A stretch of DNA of 38,102 bases from Octopus bimaculoides (lineage: Eukaryota): assembly GCF_001194135.2 (NCBI RefSeq), contig NC_068985.1, positions 91,927,916 to 91,966,017 on the forward strand, given 5' to 3'. The notes beneath the pieces are model-generated. The model had not been told where the DNA came from. It was given only the letters and a program-made list of their open reading frames with translations, and did not search any database. A program made the position numbers and the translations under genes. Shown here one piece after another: positions 35,170 through 38,102 of this stretch; the stretch's first letter is position 1; each line of letters begins with the position of its first letter.

Positions 35170-35934
35170 TACGCTCACACACACACACAAATACACACAC
35201 ACACACACACACACATACACACACATACCGCCTCTGTTTCTTATTCTTTCTCTATGTGTTGCTGTCCGTGTATATATTGGTAAAGAATCCGTTTACTCAT
35301 TTTCTGACAAGAAGTCTAGTATCTGTACTTATCCTGAGCCACATAAGTTAACTCACGCTGTATCTCTCTTTTACTTTCTCCCCCTCTCTTTGTAGTGCGT
35401 AAAGTGCTACCAGTGAATTCGACCAATCAACCAACCAACACTTTTATAGAACATTATTATATAGCGGTCGCCATTTTCATTTTTTGGTTTTTTGTCATAG
35501 ATTAACAAAAATTACAATACATTTCCTTTATTGAATAAATTCCGTTTGGCTAGCTGCCTGTATCATTCAGTTGTTTAGTACCACTTCGATATTATTTCGC
35601 ATGTGATGTGAAAAATTAGGGAGAGCTTTAGGCAAACTAGAAATCTTTGATGAAGAAAAACTACAGATTTCCCTTGAATCAGCCGACATGCTGTAGCAGA
35701 TAATTGAATTTCGTGTCTCACCACAGTGATCAAATACGTTGTGACTTATGACGAGAATCATGTCTCAACATGTCACTATCAATGCTTCAGGGATTCATAA
35801 TATGTTTTAGTTTCACATCTAGTTAACTTAGTGGAGATTTTTGCTTAAAACAGAAAATTATTTACAGCAACAACAAATATGGCTGCAACACTAAAATTGT
35901 TGCTGTTGTTATTGTTGTTGTTATCATCATTACC

Positions 35935-36062
35935 AAAATCGTTAGCACACCGGATAAAATGCTTAACGGCATTACGTCCGTCTTTCCGTTCTCAGTTCAA
36001 ATAGAACAGAGGAAGAATATACTTTTCATCCATTCACGGTCGATAAAATCTGTACACCAGTC
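35935..36062 (+). mobile_element. Degenerate SINE family A
   Basis: aatcgttagcacaccggataaaatgcttaacggcatt...cgttctcagttcaaat...ttttcatccattcacggtcgataaaa. Confidence 0.75.
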
Positions 36063-37568
36063 CCAACTGATCACCAATTCTCCAGAGTTCGTCCGTCGTT
36101 GTCGACGATGACCAAGGACATTAAATAAGAGAAGACGGATTCATCGTGTGTTTTGCTCTATCCAGTCTATTAATCGAAATGTGTCTATTGAATGCAAATT
36201 TCCTTTTCTAAAGACAATATATTATACGATAGAAGAAAATTGAACTGCTACTTCTAGTTAGTTCTGCGATGAAAATTGTTTTTAAGAGCTGCAATTTTTG
36301 ATCTGTTGTGTTCTAATTTGTTTTTTTGTGGTGTACGACAAACGTATCTTTTTTCAGTAACTACATCTAACACAGACAAGTAACTAATAAATTAATAAAA
36401 TAAATGCCCCTGGCATTTTTTATTTATTTTTTAATTGTATCACATCTGCTTTTTAACTGTTATTTAGCGTATGAGTTCTTCTACGAGAATTACTACAGAA
36501 ACTAGGAAGTTCATTTTTTCTTTATTCATTATTATTATTTTGTTTCATATGAATTTTTTGCCTTTTCATCAAAATTTCAGATTGTCAGTTTAGGCGAGCC
36601 AACTACGGATTTTATGAACATAGAAATCAGTTAGTAGAAGAATGAAAATCAATAGAATTTCGTACCAAAATATATTGCAACATAGCAAAATATATTTCGT
36701 TCAGGTATTGACGGTTGTAACAGTTGACAGTGCAAAATATACTAAATGTAAATTCAAATATAACTGAAGACATATTTTTCTTTTCTTTCCAGTCATAATG
36801 TTTTTGGTTATATTAGGTCACATGTAACGACTGATCATATTAACGAATATGACAGGGTACACATCGCACTGAGTTTAGCTTGTTTAGTATTTCATCTTGT
36901 TATTTCTTTGTGTTGATTTAGCCATATTTTCGTATAATACTCGACGTCTGGCATACAATATATTCTACACGTAAATATTAGATTCATGAAGAAACATTAT
37001 ATAAGATATTATTTATACTACTAAAATATAAAAAAAAAGAAGCAGAATAAGAAATATTTATGTTTCTTGCACTGGTTTAAGTCATTCTTTATTGATCCTA
37101 GTTTTATTCTTGAAAAATAGCTAAAGGAATGTTCAAAGAAATAATGAAATATTTTTTGTATTTATTTTCTTGTTCTTTAAACTGGATATTTCTTCGTTAA
37201 TGTGAACATTTTTGTTAGTTAATCTTTGTTTTGTCACTCGTATTGTTTGATCAAACAAAGAAAATATCAGATTTAATCAAATTTATAAATATCAAACTGA
37301 GAACAAGAAAAATACCATTGTTAAATTTTCCAAATAATTCTCGACTTCAAAGAGACTACTAAATAAAACTGTAAACATATATACATATATATGTGTGAGT
37401 GTGTGTATAGATAGACACACACACACACACGTGTGTGTGTGATTGGGTGTATGGGTGTGTGTTTGGATGTCAGGGTGTGGGTGTGTGGGTGTCTCAGAGT
37501 ATAGACATATGTCATTGTGTATGTATATGTTTATACAACTGTAGTGTTGTAGTGTGGAAGAAAATTAC

Positions 37569-37569
<1 letters not shown>

Positions 37570-37611
<42 letters not shown>

Positions 37612-37860
37612 ATAGATAGATAGATTGATAGATACATACATACATACATAGATTCATTGATTGAGTGAGTGATTGATTGATAGCAAGATAGAAAGATAGA
37701 TAGATAGACAGATAGATAGGTAGGTAGGTAGGTAGGTAGGTAGGTAGGTAGGTAGGTAGGTAGGTAGGCAGACAGACAGAAAGACAGACAGACAGACAGA
37801 CAGAAAGACAGCTAGATAAATAGATAGAGAGATAGGTAGATAGGTAGGTAGGTAGGTAGG

Positions 37861-37927
<67 letters not shown>

Positions 37928-37928
37928 C
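37570..37928. repeat. (GATA)n/(GGTA)n/(GACA)n compound tetranucleotide satellite
   Basis: Direct reading; explains ORF 37565..38077. Confidence 0.97.
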
Positions 37929-38102
37929 ATTTGTCTATGTTTGTCTTTATTTATATTTGTTTTACTGCGAAGGTTTATATTACCTCGTAGGTCATATAAA
38001 GAGAAAATGTTGGTATATATTTTATCAAATACTGATATCAGTTGTTTGTTGTTTCTGATAATGTGGAGAGTACGCATAAACTGATACGTACAGATAGATA
38101 TC

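Overview
This is AT-rich eukaryotic scaffold sequence with eight N-gaps and dense microsatellites. The interspersed repeats resemble those I recognise from octopus genomes, so coleoid origin is inferred rather than proven. There is no identifiable protein-coding gene, rRNA, intact tRNA or CRISPR array, and almost all ORF-track entries are microsatellite or gap artefacts. The window holds many copies of two tRNA-derived SINE families (called A and B here), an internally deleted minus-strand Helitron with a decayed 23-aa-repeat/CxxC Rep N-terminus (20.2-21.2 kb) and a solo mariner-type TIR (35.15 kb). The most notable signal is a third repeat with the architecture tRNA-like Pol III head + (AAT)n + Penelope-type 3' body. 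That body carries a minimal type-I hammerhead ribozyme motif in five full or partial copies: one intact at 27316-27361 and two loci arranged as head-to-head inverted pairs. Two weaker coding candidates are a minus-strand low-complexity exon at 25137-25624 whose frame breaks at a CA microsatellite, and a GC-rich 18-bp-period repeat at 34947-35114 that is open on both strands.
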